Shown in pieces: positions 39,301-51,168 of a DNA stretch of 64,000 nt. Every line of letters begins with the position of its first letter. Position 1 is the first letter of the stretch. This stretch comes from Lytechinus pictus. Taxonomy: Eukaryota. Below the pieces are notes generated by a model that had not been told where the DNA came from, ran no database searches, and worked only from the letters and a program-made list of their open reading frames with translations. The position numbers and the translations under genes were made by a program. The DNA is taken from the NCBI RefSeq assembly GCF_037042905.1, contig NW_026974146.1, positions 620,001 to 684,000 on the forward strand, written 5' to 3'.

Positions 39301-40661
39301 TTCATGATAAGAGCCCAATTGTAAGGAACCTATGGCTCTCATGGGCACAGCTTGAATTAACTGACGGTGTCTTATACAAACGGCATATGACTAATAATAA
39401 ACTAACAACAACCAAACAAGTCGTCGTCCCATTCGCACTCCGCGATCGCATCTTAGAATCAAACCATAAGTCTGTTCTATCGGGGCATCTCGGAGTGAAG
39501 AAAACATTCAGTAGGATTCAGCAAAAATTTTACTGGATGGGGATGAGGGACTCTGTAAAACTGTACATCGGAAATTGTGTGAAATGTGGTGCCCGAAAGC
39601 GTCCGACTTCCAAACCGAAGGCCCCTCTGGGCGAATATAACTCTGGATTTCCTATGGATCGCATCGCTCTCGATATCATGGGACCGTTTCCTGTCAGTAA
39701 CCAAGGCAACCGTTATGTTTTGGTAGTGGGAGATACCTTTACTAAATGGATCGAGGCCTATGGAATCCCTGATCAAACTGCCCGTACTGTCGCCAACATC
39801 GTTGTCAATGAATTCATTGCTAGATGGGGCATACCTTTGGAAATACATTCGGACCAAGGAAAGACTTTTGAATCTCAACTTTTCCAACATGTTTGTAAAT
39901 TGCTGGAAATAACAAAAACAAGGACGACTCCATACCATCCATCATCTAATGGAATGATTGAAAGATTCAATCAAACACTTGTCAATATGATATCTGCTTT
40001 TGTCGATAAGAAACAAGAGGAATGGGACATGAACCTGTCGCTCTTGACGGCCGCCTACCGTAGCACCGTTCATGAGACAACTGGATTTTCGCCAAATTTT
40101 CTTATGTTGGGGCGTGAGGTTAGAACCCCAATTGAAATTTCCCTCGGTGTGGACCAGCCCGACATCAATAACTATGACTATGACGAGTTTGCCTCCAATA
40201 TCGTTTCTACTATGAAGGATGCATACAATATAACCCGTGAGCATCTGTCCTCACAAACCCAGAGACAGAAGAAGGACTATGATTCTAGACTATCAGTGAA
40301 CACCTACCAGCCAGGGGACTTAGTCTACTATCTAGACACCACAAAACAGAAAGGACTTTCCCCTAAGTTAAAGTCTGCTTTTTGGATTGGACCATGTATT
40401 GTAACCAGAAAACTGAGTGATTTGGTGTTCGAAATCAAATCTCAACAGAAGGGTAAACTTAAAATCCTTCACCATGATCGTCTCAAACCCTTTCGAAGCA
40501 CCGACATCCCAAAATGGGTAAAAGAACACGCGGATAAGGTTAGGAATAATATAACTCTTTCAAACACTGCTTCTACTGGCACGCAGACTAGAGTAAAAGA
40601 CGCTTTTATCCCTCGTCGATCGAATAGAAGACGAGCAGTTATTGACAAGTTTGGACACTAG
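36342..40661 (+). CDS. pol: Pol (PR-RT-RH-INT) of LTR element 2, probably reached by -1 frameshift
   Basis: LVDSGA, CVDYRKLN, YLDD, DADAS, TDH, H-H-C-C, D..HSDQG..ERFN. The frame is open from the slippery site to 40661. Confidence 0.95.
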   Translation, partial: LGRADPIDQVTAQNVEPGPRIIRIDKTNGLTAYISGSVNGASCKLLVDSGAAVTVMSTKLYGEMPIATRPELVTLSSQVQLQSADDGILNVHGNIEATVNVGGKDFSWTSYIADISDECLIGFDFMHHYNCILEARRGLHIDNLLIPIEIQDCNQVGAVYVKYDIVVPPNSEFIVPGKVNQFDSDSGICAIIEKTAHTCNKDDLNVASVLIDVTRNDIDIPVRVANTSNEPINLRAGMRIASIELIDNVYMCDTNAMNSSKPSIRTVKAGLNEDVQSNSWSDDLQSLYQKSCEGLDQDTQNELSKLLDKHSSTFASSSTDVGRTSIVQHNIDTGDAVPIKQRPRRPPRAFIDEEEKIIKTQLEMGIIRESTSAWSSPLVYVRKRDGTTRPCVDYRKLNDVTRKDAYPLPRIEDCLDCLGGAQIFSTLDLQSGYWQIDIKEEDRHKTAFSTRTGHYEYVTMPFGLCNAPSTFERAMELIMKGLQWRTLILYLDDIIVMSSTIDEHINRLDEVLGRLGEARLKLKPSKCHLFQTQVSYLGHIVSASGIRPDPEKVAKVRDWPTPTSIGDVRSFLGLCSYYRRFIRGFSSIASPMNKLLEKSSKFVWDDNCQSSFDQLKDALLSDNVMAYPDDHGMFILDADASSSGIGAVLSQLQWDDVTQKEVERPVAFASRTLTRTQRRYCTTRRELLAIVSFVRHFRHYLLGKKFLIRTDHSSLRWIMSFREPTDQLARWIEILSQFDFDIEHRVGRNHGNADAMSRIPCDPESCDCYDKNSIIEQLPCGGCTTCVKRHKAWSKFFDEDDDVVPISAMKVQRTCVKPINDISTQTPSSKPEEIPSRSNRLYDIVVMMLVVVELVARIFCRLPKMILEFIVYVAVLEFRGLRYMRDVFSSMWRGNWPSPIRVSVVRNMKSRRKSRNKHSSVNVRTNDSLPCASETGALAGENSGQQDVIRNDFDRETLMTMQRDDPDVGIVYNWISESQERPNRALVHDKSPIVRNLWLSWAQLELTDGVLYKRHMTNNKLTTTKQVVVPFALRDRILESNHKSVLSGHLGVKKTFSRIQQKFYWMGMRDSVKLYIGNCVKCGARKRPTSKPKAPLGEYNSGFPMDRIALDIMGPFPVSNQGNRYVLVVGDTFTKWIEAYGIPDQTARTVANIVVNEFIARWGIPLEIHSDQGKTFESQLFQHVCKLLEITKTRTTPYHPSSNGMIERFNQTLVNMISAFVDKKQEEWDMNLSLLTAAYRSTVHETTGFSPNFLMLGREVRTPIEISLGVDQPDINNYDYDEFASNIVSTMKDAYNITREHLSSQTQRQKKDYDSRLSVNTYQPGDLVYYLDTTKQKGLSPKLKSAFWIGPCIVTRKLSDLVFEIKSQQKGKLKILHHDRLKPFRSTDIPKWVKEHADKVRNNITLSNTASTGTQTRVKDAFIPRRSNRRRAVIDKFGH

Positions 40662-43143
40662 AACATGAAAATGTGTACCATAGGTTATGTAGATTTGGAA
40701 GTGTCATTGTATAAAGTTTTCTGTTCTTTTTCTGTCTCTCTCCCTCTCTCTTATTCTCTCCCCTATCTACACTTGCTTCCTTTTTCACAATCTACTCCAC
40801 TCACGACTTTCATCCTCTTTTCTTGTTCTTTCATTACTCACCGCTGCTTCATTCTTCTTCAATGTGTAAAGTTGTCATTCACAAATAATGGTTCTGAATG
40901 AATTGACACTGGATGTTATCTTAATTTTGTGTTACTTTGTAATCGTGCTAATGAATTTCTATTCTGCTATCAGTATAGTTTTGCTAATTTTGTTTATGTG
41001 GATCACATCAATATGTTTATCTGTTCGCTATTCATGCGATCGGAATATTAGAGACCATCATTTTTGGTTTTTGAATCACAACCACAGCTCGCATACCTTG
41101 ATAATTTGTATATTCCTTCCAATTATGTCAGTTGTGTGTGTCAATATGGTTTGTGTTTTTTTGCCACTGTGTAAAATTTGGTATTTTTTTTTTCTACTTC
41201 ATTATGCTATTATTATGTTACTGATAGGTCTGCAAAAGCAATTGTTGTTGGACAAATTCTGCTTTTCTTTACTCTCTCCTCTCTCTCTCTCTCTCCAGTA
41301 TCCATTTTTTGGTTTTCTTTCTCATATCATTTCATCAATTCTCTTGCTAATATTCATGCCTTTGTCTACCTTTTCCTTTTCACCCTATTCTGTCATCTTC
41401 GCACTATACTTTTCTCCCCTTTGAATATGGAATGTTGTTATGCTTGTAAATAGTAGGAAGAAAACAAAAGGAAAGAGAATACTAGGCTTAGAAAATACTA
41501 TAGGGTTCCTGTATCAGGAGCATTTTTACACATTTCAGTTATACATTTTCTGATGATTACTTTGCATATTTTCCAGTTTTATATTTGAGGTTTCATGTGT
41601 ACTTTCCATTATTTTGTTCATAACTTTGTATTGCTTTTGTAGTAATTTCATTCTTATATATTGCTCAATTTAATTAAAGGCATATTGCCTGCTCAATGTC
41701 ATATATTTTTGTATTTCTATGTCATAATCCAGTTTTGAGTTGTTATGATTTTTTTTTAATGGCTTTTTGTGTACTTTTGAGATTATTTGATGATTTCCTA
41801 TCACAGTTTTGCTTATGGATGTTTTCTGCTTTATTTATTTTTTTTTCTGATTAGAAGGAAATTGAGTAGTGCCACACATGTCATATTATTCCCATACTTT
41901 TAGTGGCTAGTTTCGTGTAGGGAACAGTTTTATCACTTTTATGTTGGTCATTTTATGCGTTTAGCCTTCATTGGAGATCACTGCGTGCTCTCCCGAGACC
42001 CTTTCCTCCTTTTCTTCCTTTCTCTCTTCACTATTTCTATCTCCTTTCTCTAACACTCAAGCAACTTTCCAATTTCTCATCTCCAATCCTGTTCTTGGGT
42101 CTGGTTCTCTTTTTTAAAAACAATTTCTTTGTCACTTGCTACATTTTTGTCAATACTACATAATTGTCAGAGTTGCTTCCGCCTGTTTGTATATGTAGAG
42201 TTGTTTTTATAATGTTATCATGTTCAGTTACTTCTATGTATGATCTATGTATGCCCACAATATATTTTTATTATTGCTGTTTTCCTTCCTCCTTTCCCTT
42301 TTGTCCATCTAAATTCGTCCTTCTCTCTCTATCTCCCTTTCGCTCTTTCATTTTTCTATTATATTCCCATTTCATCGCTGGGGACAGCGATATCTTCCGT
42401 TGGGGGGGAGAATAGTGTCACGCATTTTGGTTGATGTTCCGATATTCTCTTGTTATGTTTATGTATATAATTCCATTCTTATGCTTTAATTAGTGTTTAT
42501 TATATTAAATTGTATTCGACTCATTTATGCAATGAATGTCTTGCTAAGATAAATTGTGAATGTCACTTTCAACTTGCCCAGTAACCTGCACACAGCCAAG
42601 CCCTCTCTTATACTGTAAATTGCTCATGGTCAAACTCTTCTGGTCTGTCCACTCTGTATTCTCTTTGGCTTTCCTTCGTCTTCCAGAAATTGCTAACAAT
42701 GCATCTCCCTTCTTTGCGACCTTGCATCTACTTTCAGAAGTTTTACTCTCCTCACTTTCTCTTTCTAGTGACTTTCAACCCTCCTCACTTTCTCTTTCCA
42801 GTGACTTTCAACCCTCCTCACTTTCTCTTTCCAGTGACTTTCAACCCTCCTCACTTCTCCTTCCAGTAACTTTCATCCCTCCTCTCTTTTCCCTTTCCAG
42901 TGACTTTCAAACATGTGTAGTTCTCTTTAACCTTGCGACTACTTTCAGAAACTTGTTCTTGTTTATTACCTTGGCTGCACATTTATGTTCAGTAACTCCC
43001 TCCGCTTTCTCTCTCCTCACTTCGACTTTGCCCTGCCCTTCAGACTTCTCTCCCTCAACTCCTAATGTCCGAACTCCTAGTTTAACCTTGTGGTCAGTGT
43101 ATTGGTCGTTATGTGCTTATTCTATTACTTGTTGGAATGATTT

Positions 43144-43179
<36 letters not shown>

Positions 43180-44861
43180 GAATCTGGGTTTTCGCTGTGT
43201 GCTGGGGATGACCTTCATGCTATGTCCAGAAAGTGTATATAAGTGAGCAGCATCTCAGTCAAGTTTAGTTCAGAGTTTTAGAGTTTAGTTTTTAGAGTTT
43301 TCCTTATGATCCCAGTCTTACACGTATATTCGAGTTTTATTTCGAGAGTCTTTTCCGAGCATAGTCTTACATGTATTCCAGCTAAGTCGTCTGAGCCCAA
43401 GTTCAGTTCAGAATTATCACAAGTTAAGTTCTTATAGTTGTTTCAGCATCGCTCGACGTTATCTCAGTTATCATATTCCATGTATCGCTGGAGTTTGTTT
43501 AATTGTCATCATCACATACTCTGTTGCACCTTCATTAAGTTTTGAACAGTAATAAACTACTGAACTTTAATTTCCTGTGTAATGACTGTTATTCGCTTCG
43601 ACTGTATTATTTAAGCTCTGGCCATCCTCGACATTTATCTTAGACTCTTATAGCGAGACTCGTAGGACAAACCGGGTCGTCGTTACAATATATATGTATG
43701 TCTATCTATCTATATGTCTGTCTCTATATCTCTCTATATATGTCTGTCTCTCTACCTATATATATGTCTGTCTATCTATCTATCTGTCTGTCTCTCTATC
43801 TATATGTTTATCTATGTTTTATTAATATAACCAACTATCATCTCTCTATCTATCTATCTATATATCTATCTATCTATCTATAAGTCTGTCTCTCTATCTA
43901 TCTATCTATATGTCTGTCTCTCTATCTATATGTCTATGTTTTATTAATATAACCACCTATAATTTATCTCTCCATCCATCACTCCATCTATCTACATGTA
44001 TATATATAATTATCTTTCTTATTTGTATCTGTTTGATTATGTAAATCTGTTTGTCTATCTATTTTTCAATCTAATATCTGTTTAAATATTTTTTTCCTGT
44101 TTATCTATCTATACGACAGACCACCTAATTCGTCCGCATGACGAATTAAAATCTAGTGATATTTTTGTATTTCTATTATTGAAATTTAGTTTTGTCATAA
44201 TCTGTTAGTTTACCTCTATTTTGCTATTAATCTCAATGTATTGCGTCGGTTCATGGTTTCGTTGGCATGCCTACCAAATTGTGCGTGCAATTTAATTGTA
44301 TGCGCGTATCGAGTGGACCTTCCTAAAAGCAACACTGATGTGTGTTGCTGCCCTCTACGTTCATTGGTTAATACCCTGTTCGCTTTCCTGGCCTGACAAC
44401 AGGAAGCGATTTTTTTTGCATACGTCAGATCAAGGAAGAAGAGTACATCTCCTCCAATAAGACTTGTGACATAGCAGAGAGCTTTGGAAAATTCTTCCAG
44501 TCAATCTACCCTCCTCCATGTGTGCTACCAGATGGTCCAAGTGTGTGTAATCATCCATTACCTCAACTTTGCTCCATATCAATTTCAGCTGATAAAGTTC
44601 ACAGGGGCATCATGCAGTTGGAGGACAAGAAAAGCCCTGGCCCTGATTCAATTACTCCCATCCTTCTCAAGAAATCAGCGGGTGTTATATCTCCAGTCTT
44701 ACAGCGTCTGTTTGATATATCACTTAGTCAACATTCTCTGCCAGCAGAAGGATGGAAATCTGCACATATTGTTCCTGTGTTTAAAGCTGGCGATAAATCA
44801 GTTGTATCAAATTATCGCCCAATCGCACTAACATCTATTGTTATCAAGCTGATGGAGTCAT

Positions 44862-47800
44862 TTGAGACCTTTCGTTTTCTGAGACGAGCCATGTGCACGT
44901 ACAAGATTAAGGGATTTTGGGAGCACTGCGCATGCCCGAAGTATTCTGTGACGAGCCTTCTCATTCACTGCCCAAATCTGTGACTCGTATTTGAGGGTTT
45001 TGACGTTCGGTGTCAAAGTGCTCGAATGAGCGCTTGTTCGTGCATGATGACGTCATCCAAGCTTAGCAAAAATGAACGAAGCCGCATAAACACTTGAGTT
45101 TCGTTGATTCAGCAGGGCTGGTAAACTGCAAATTACTGCTTGTTACCAGCTTTTCTATTACATTTAGTGTGTCCTGTTTTCAGACACTACATATCCGATA
45201 GGAAATTGATGTTCTATTTCCAAACAACTGTGTTTTTGCGGCTTTTTGCGCAAGAGTGCAAGTGTTGCACCCTCAGTCGCCCCACTGGTTCGTAGGGTGA
45301 TGCTGCGCCTGACTCTCCGGCCGAGTATCGGCCCACAGCCCGCTCGCTATCACGCTGGTATATGCTGTGGTCTGGTACGGGCCCAGTACGGGTACGTCGA
45401 TGAAGTCGAAACTGTTTTCATCAATGTACGAACGTGATACTGAACGAGCGGTGTCACCACTGTTGCGGCATGAAATATAAATAGGGTCTGAAACCCAAGT
45501 CTATTAATGAACAAAGTTACCTGTATGCAAAGTTATTTTGTGTCTATTGGTTAGGATCTCATTTTCCTCTCCTGGTGACAAAATGTTTCTAAATGTACTA
45601 ATTCTGGTTGGTCAAGTATACCAAGCCCAGTGTATAATCAGTTAGCAACAGTAATCCAATTGGTAAACACATTGGCCAAGCATGCAAATTAAACATGACT
45701 CAGAGATACCAAGAAATAGGAGATACCACAAAAGGTGGTTTCAAACCGCCTCGATCACAAGAATCCCCGTTAAATTACGAGAACATTTTTAGGCTAAAAA
45801 ATACCCATTAATTATTCCTGCATTCACACCGCCCTGAAACATACCCTTCGGGATAAGTTCCTGAAGTAGTTCCTGAAGTTACGAGCATGCGCAGTATGGT
45901 CTGATAAGCAAACAAGGCGCGAGATTCAAAATCACTAGCCCAGCAGCCACCCACGACGCCGAACCCAACGACACGCTGGGCTAAAAGTTCCCGTAATTTG
46001 CTTTCAGACCGCCAAAATACCCACGACCTTGGAAAAATCCCCGCGAAAGTTCTCGTAATTTCGCCAAGTACCTACTATTTATCGGGTATTTTCTTTCGGG
46101 GATATTACGCGTAGTTTGCTTTCACATCGCCAAAATACCTGGTATTTTCTGATCGGGGTAAATTTCCCGATCAGAGAATACCTGGAACTGGCGAACTTCG
46201 AGGCGGTCTGAAACCACCTAAAGTTATCCCACTTGGCATCAGAAGACAAAGGAAAGTTCCACAGTCAAGACGTGTTCACCATTTGTTATAAACTTGAAGA
46301 AAATTGCATAGATTTGGAGGCCAAACAATTGGTGAGTTGAAATTATATTATTTGTATAGTTATACATATTTGTACTGATTATCTTGTACTAGTTAGAGGG
46401 ACTTTCTTCTGTATTTAAACCATAAATATTGTTGTTTGTCATGAAGTTGTGATGACTGCATCTCAGTCGAGTATATATACTACTCCGCTTAATGTTATAT
46501 AAGTTTCTTTAAGTTAAGAAAGGAGAAATTCTAGTTCTGATTGTAATAATGTATATGAATTAATGCATCTCTCTTATCTGTAATTAAGTTAATAGACATA
46601 ACATTACTCTGATTATTAGTCTTTGATATACATGTATTAGTAATTCTAAATGAGGTTTCCTAAGAGGATTGCTAGAGTGAGAGAGACGGCGAGAGAGAGA
46701 AAGAGAAAGTTTGACCATATACGTGCACACACACAAGTGCACCTACTATTCTGGAGTGTACAGATTTGTCAATGGGCAAAAGTTGTGGCTAGGCTGTCAG
46801 TTTGACGGTTGCCATGGGTATGAAGTTCTGACCATGACTGGGGTTTGTTTACACAACTGCTTGTGTTTAGTAGTATTAGGATTAAAGTTAGTATCGATTT
46901 ATCTTTGGTATATGATGAGTTTAAGTTCATATTTTAGTTATTATGTTGTATCATCATTGTATATATACCTGAGCGATATGTATTAGCTTGTTATAGTCTT
47001 GTTTATGTTTTACTAGTTATCAAGAAGATATTCTGTTGTCGTTAGTTGTTGATAATGATTGTTAATCATGTATTTATCATATTGTGACAGCATTCGAGGC
47101 ACATGAATGAAAGACAGACAAAGGCTTCTACGGGAGCTTCGAGACTTTATTCTTGATTTATCTCATTTCCATTAATCATCTTCGAACTTTGATATAGCTC
47201 CAAAAGCTCCGTGAAAACTGTATCAATGAAACATACAAAAAGCATCATAAATACATTGTATACGCTTATGTGTGATCATCTGATAATTCACTCTTTCTTC
47301 AAGCAACAAACTAAACAATTATTGTGAAATGTGCTTATAATCTGATAAATAAAATATATGTATATTGACACGTTGATTTACACAACAATTAGAGTTGCCA
47401 CTTTACTATCAATAACTTCAAGTGTATCTGTTTTAAATATAAAGCTACCAAGTACCATATCTTGACTTTCAGTTGACCTTGTAACCTTTCTGGTCATTAA
47501 TTCCACAAAACAAAACCTGAATTATCTTATTTCAGTAAACTATATCAAATTCAGTGTAAATACATGAAGTTCCTATTCATCACAATATCATTTAATTTCA
47601 TCTTCAAATGTGAGGATCCAATGTATAAGCTATAGACTTGACCTTATTTCTTGCTTACACAATCTTATAACACATGTGTGAATGATATGTAATCTACATG
47701 CACAGTAGCTGGATTTAGAACCTAAAATAATTCAACTAATTTTCATCTTTAGCATTTATCATTTCATAAAATAAAGACTTCCTATGAGACACTAACCTCT

Positions 47801-48591
47801 TTGCCTCCTTATTGTATCACAATTAATAACCAGGTTTCCAGGATTCACTGGAACTTGGATGATTGTGTCACCTCAAACCTGTCAGTTCTTCCATGTTTAT
47901 ATACAGTGATTGATGCAATGGAAAACACTGTCCTATAGAGAACACTAGCTGGCGCTATGTCAATAAATGCCTTGCACAAGCAATATTGTTAATGACATAT
48001 ATGCACTGTGCTATATACAATCATTTGACCAAAGGTTTTTATAAAACATAACCAGAGATAAATGTTATATCATCATGGAAATATGAAATATATCATATAA
48101 TGTTTCTGCAATATTTCATATCAATATCAAATGAGAAATCATATATTTTTCAATCAACTTTCACAACACATATGTTTATCTTCTTTCTTATATTTCAGCG
48201 AACCACTCACTCACTCACTCACTCAGTACATTCACTACACTGTTCACTATTCTGTACAATTGTTCGTCGTTTAATTATTCATCTGTATACTTCGTTTACG
48301 CTCAACTCCGTCAAGTTATTAAACTGTTTACATCTTTCGCTTATGATTTGTGAACTACTTCAATACTTGAAGATTTGTTGATTGCTGTGATTAAATGAAG
48401 CATAACTGTATGGAATTGTGTTCCTGAATTGTTTATTTCGAGTGAGTTCGGAATATCGACCATCAAATTTATAACTACCAATTCTACCATCCTACTTTAA
48501 ACTCCTGTGGCTTAATTTGTTTACAGAAGTCACAACCACTTCCGGTGAACTAGGAATACGTTGCAGTCGCAGACAATCGAAAAACTTCTTA
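44862..48591. mobile_element. Unclassified ~3.7-kb insertion in the LINE RT
   Basis: It separates KLMES from ISKAIFHHM in the LINE; the ends are weakly inverted (TTTCGTTTTCTGAGAC / GTCGCAGACAATCGAAAA). Confidence 0.6.
45733..46219. mobile_element. Harbinger-like MITE, copy 1
   Basis: TIR AGGTGGTTTCA.ACCGCCTCGA; very similar copy at 62496-62975. Confidence 0.8.
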
Positions 48592-49643
48592 TTGATTTCA
48601 AAAGCGATCTTTCACCACATGGAATCAAATTGTCTCCTTACTCCAGTCCAACATGGTTTTGTTAATCAAAAGTCATGTGTTACTCAGCTGACGACCTTAG
48701 CCCACTCTTGGCTTCAGGACCTGGACAAACGTAGACCTCCTTCCATCGATGCAGTATTCTTTGACTTCGCCAAGGCGTTTGATCGCATGCCTCATGACGT
48801 CCTTCTGCAGAAGTTAGCTTTATATAACATCTCGGGCGATATCTTGTTCTGGATTCGCTCATTTTTATCTGGCAGATTGCAACGTGTTCAGTACAAAGGA
48901 CATCATTCTGAGTGGTCAACGCCTACCTCAGGTATACCGCAAGGGAGCGTCCTGAGGCCTTGACTTTTCAACTTAATTCATCAACGACCTTCCTGAGGCT
49001 GTTATGTCAAACAGTGCATTGTTCGCAGACGACACTGTTATCTCTCGCCCGATCTATGGCCCTGCAGATCAACAGATTCTCCAAGATGACGTCAATGCCC
49101 TTGCTAGTTGGTGTGACAGAAACAAAATGAGTCTGAATACGTCTAAAACCAAAGTAATGAGAATATCTTGGAAAAGGCATCCAGGCCAAGCTCAGTACTA
49201 TCTCAATGATACTCAACTGGAGGAAGTATCTGAAATCAAATACTTAGGTGTGATCTTGAACAATCGCTTAACCTGGGACAGTCATGTTACATATGTGATC
49301 TCTAGGGCGAATCAGTTACTTGGTCTGATAACTAGCTTGGCCGTGTTCACCTTATGCAAGAGTTTGGTCCTACCAATCCTTGAATATGGCCTTCCCGTTT
49401 GGACACCTCACATAATAGGCTCTATCAACAGACTTGAGTCTATCCAACGTCGTGCAACACGCCTTGCTTTAAAGCAACGGCGGGGACAAATGCCCTACTT
49501 GCAGCGACTTCAAAGATTGAATTGGAAATCTCTCAAGTTAAGAAGAACTTACTTGACCTTGGTTTTCATTGCAAAGTGTTTGTTCAAACTTATCCAGTGC
49601 CCTGTTGTGAACTCTCTTGTAGTGGTGAACACACGCCATTCGG

Positions 49644-50220
49644 TAACCCAGGGAGCTCCGGCCCAGGGGCTTACAGTGTAATTTGCCATACTCACGGGAG
49701 TAACGTGAAGTATGGTCTAAATAATTCTCCGAATAAATAGTTAAAACAGAAATTAAGCACTTACCACGATTATATGGATGAAGGTCTAACGACTGGCAAC
49801 TTCCTGACATCGAGGCACAGACTGGAACCTCAAAAAACAAAAAGTTCTGTCGCGGTAGGTCTCCTCTTTCAGAATTCAAAACAAAATGGCCGATCGAGAC
49901 CAAGACTAGTATAGCACTAGCGCATATAGACTTTGTCAAATTCGCGCATGCGCCCTACACCCTCTCGAATGGCCATTTTGCTATGAATTCTGAAAGAAGG
50001 AGAGCTAGGCCTACCGCGACAGAACTTTTCGTTTTTTATTAGGTTCCAGTCTGTGCCTCGATGTCAGGAAGCTGCCACTCGTTAGACCTTCATCCATATA
50101 ATCGTGGTAAGTGCTTAATTCCTGTTTTCACTATTTATTCGGAGAATTATTTAGACCATACTTCACGGTACTCCCGTGAGTATGGCAAATTACACTAGCG
50201 GGCCGCAGCTCCCTGGGTTA
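49644..50220. mobile_element. 577-bp foldback element with 9-bp TSD (Mutator- or AcademH-like)
   Basis: TSD GCCATTCGG at 49635-49643 and 50221-50229; termini TAACCCAGGGAGC / GCTCCCTGGGTTA; inverted arms of ~250 bp. Confidence 0.9.
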
Positions 50221-51125
50221 GCCATTCGGATGACCTGAGATTCAAGCATCTCCTTGCACGCAAAGATGGTTTGCATTTCAGCCCAATTCATGAGTTCCCC
50301 AGACTCTGGAACTCTTTACCTTGTGACCTGAGAAACTCTATTCTTACTGTATCTCTTTCAACATAGTGCAATCACCTAAATTCCTATCTTGTTGATTCTG
50401 ATTAAGTGTCCAAATTCAATTTGACACCTTATTTATGCATTTTTTTTTTTAATTGTCTCTTTTTATTCTTATGTATTTAACTGTTTCTATCTATACATTC
50501 TTATTATCAACTACTGGCCATTATCTACATGTAAATTGAATGGTATTTCAATATTCCAATAGCATTTTCATTAATTGCAGTTTAAATCTCAGGGGGTTGT
50601 ATTCAACATGTTAAGTGCAATATAACTAATAAAATTGAATAAATGTATGCGTTATTCATTGCCAAGATACCACAGCTAGTACTTTCAATTTTTAATTATT
50701 TATTGCAATTTATACAATCTCATACCGAATCGCACGACAAAGCCAACCAAAGTTAATTTAGATAATTGGTCAGCATATTCCCTTTCTGTTATTCAATTTC
50801 TTACATTTTAACACAGTGTATTTATTGATATTTGTTTGTATGATTTTGTGTTTTGATTCTGAGTAATTGATCATTTTGTTATATTATGTAACTTTGAATG
50901 AAATTTTATGCTATGTTTTTTTTCGCATGAAAATACTACAGTGGATTCACCTGGATGGGGTATGGGTTAGGGCGGTCCGTGGACTATAGTTATTTGGTTA
51001 ACTTTGCCCAATGCCTGGCAGCTCATCCAGGTGAATCCAGTGTTTAATTATTTTTGTGTTACTGTATTATTGTAACAATTATTTTTTATCATTGTATTTG
51101 ACTTGTTTGATATTCTGCCAAATAA

Positions 51126-51168
<43 letters not shown>

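Larger units (their letters stand above)
33903..43687 (+). mobile_element. Intact Gypsy/Ty3 LTR retrotransposon 2; 1272-bp LTRs 33903-35174 and 42416-43687
   Basis: TG...CA LTRs with no difference seen, tRNA-Leu PBS at 35176-35193, G-rich PPT at ~42402-42413, ATAT flanks, uninterrupted gag and pol. Confidence 0.98.
32064..44156 (+). mobile_element. HINE/DINE-1-like element, copy 2, with a (TATC)n/(TA)n microsatellite that received LTR element 2
   Basis: subTIRs AGGTGGTCTGTC / GACAGACCACCT, hairpin TAATTCGTC-CGCAT-GACGAATTA, CTAG end; homologous to 15784-18990. Confidence 0.78.
29535..44367. mobile_element. Unclassified TIR DNA element (~57-bp TIR) hosting further insertions
   Basis: TIR CCAA..AACGTAGAGGGCAGCAACACACATCAGTGTTGCTTTTAGGAAGGTCCACTC at both ends, flanked by TTAATA on both sides. 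Confidence 0.8.
29355..51165 (+). mobile_element. 5'-truncated CR1-group LINE in four pieces (29355-29534, 44374-44861, 48592-49643, 50230-51165)
   Basis: Collinear motifs KPWITKEIK; KSPGPD, NYRPIALTS; DFAKAFD, SGIPQGSVL, LFADDT; PRLWNSLP; (AAT)n tail at ~51125-51165. Confidence 0.88.

Noticed and set aside
40665-42434. Hydrophobic ORFs after pol as a possible env
   Set aside because: They are short, overlapping and explained by T-rich composition; no long ectodomain or furin/fusion-peptide layout.
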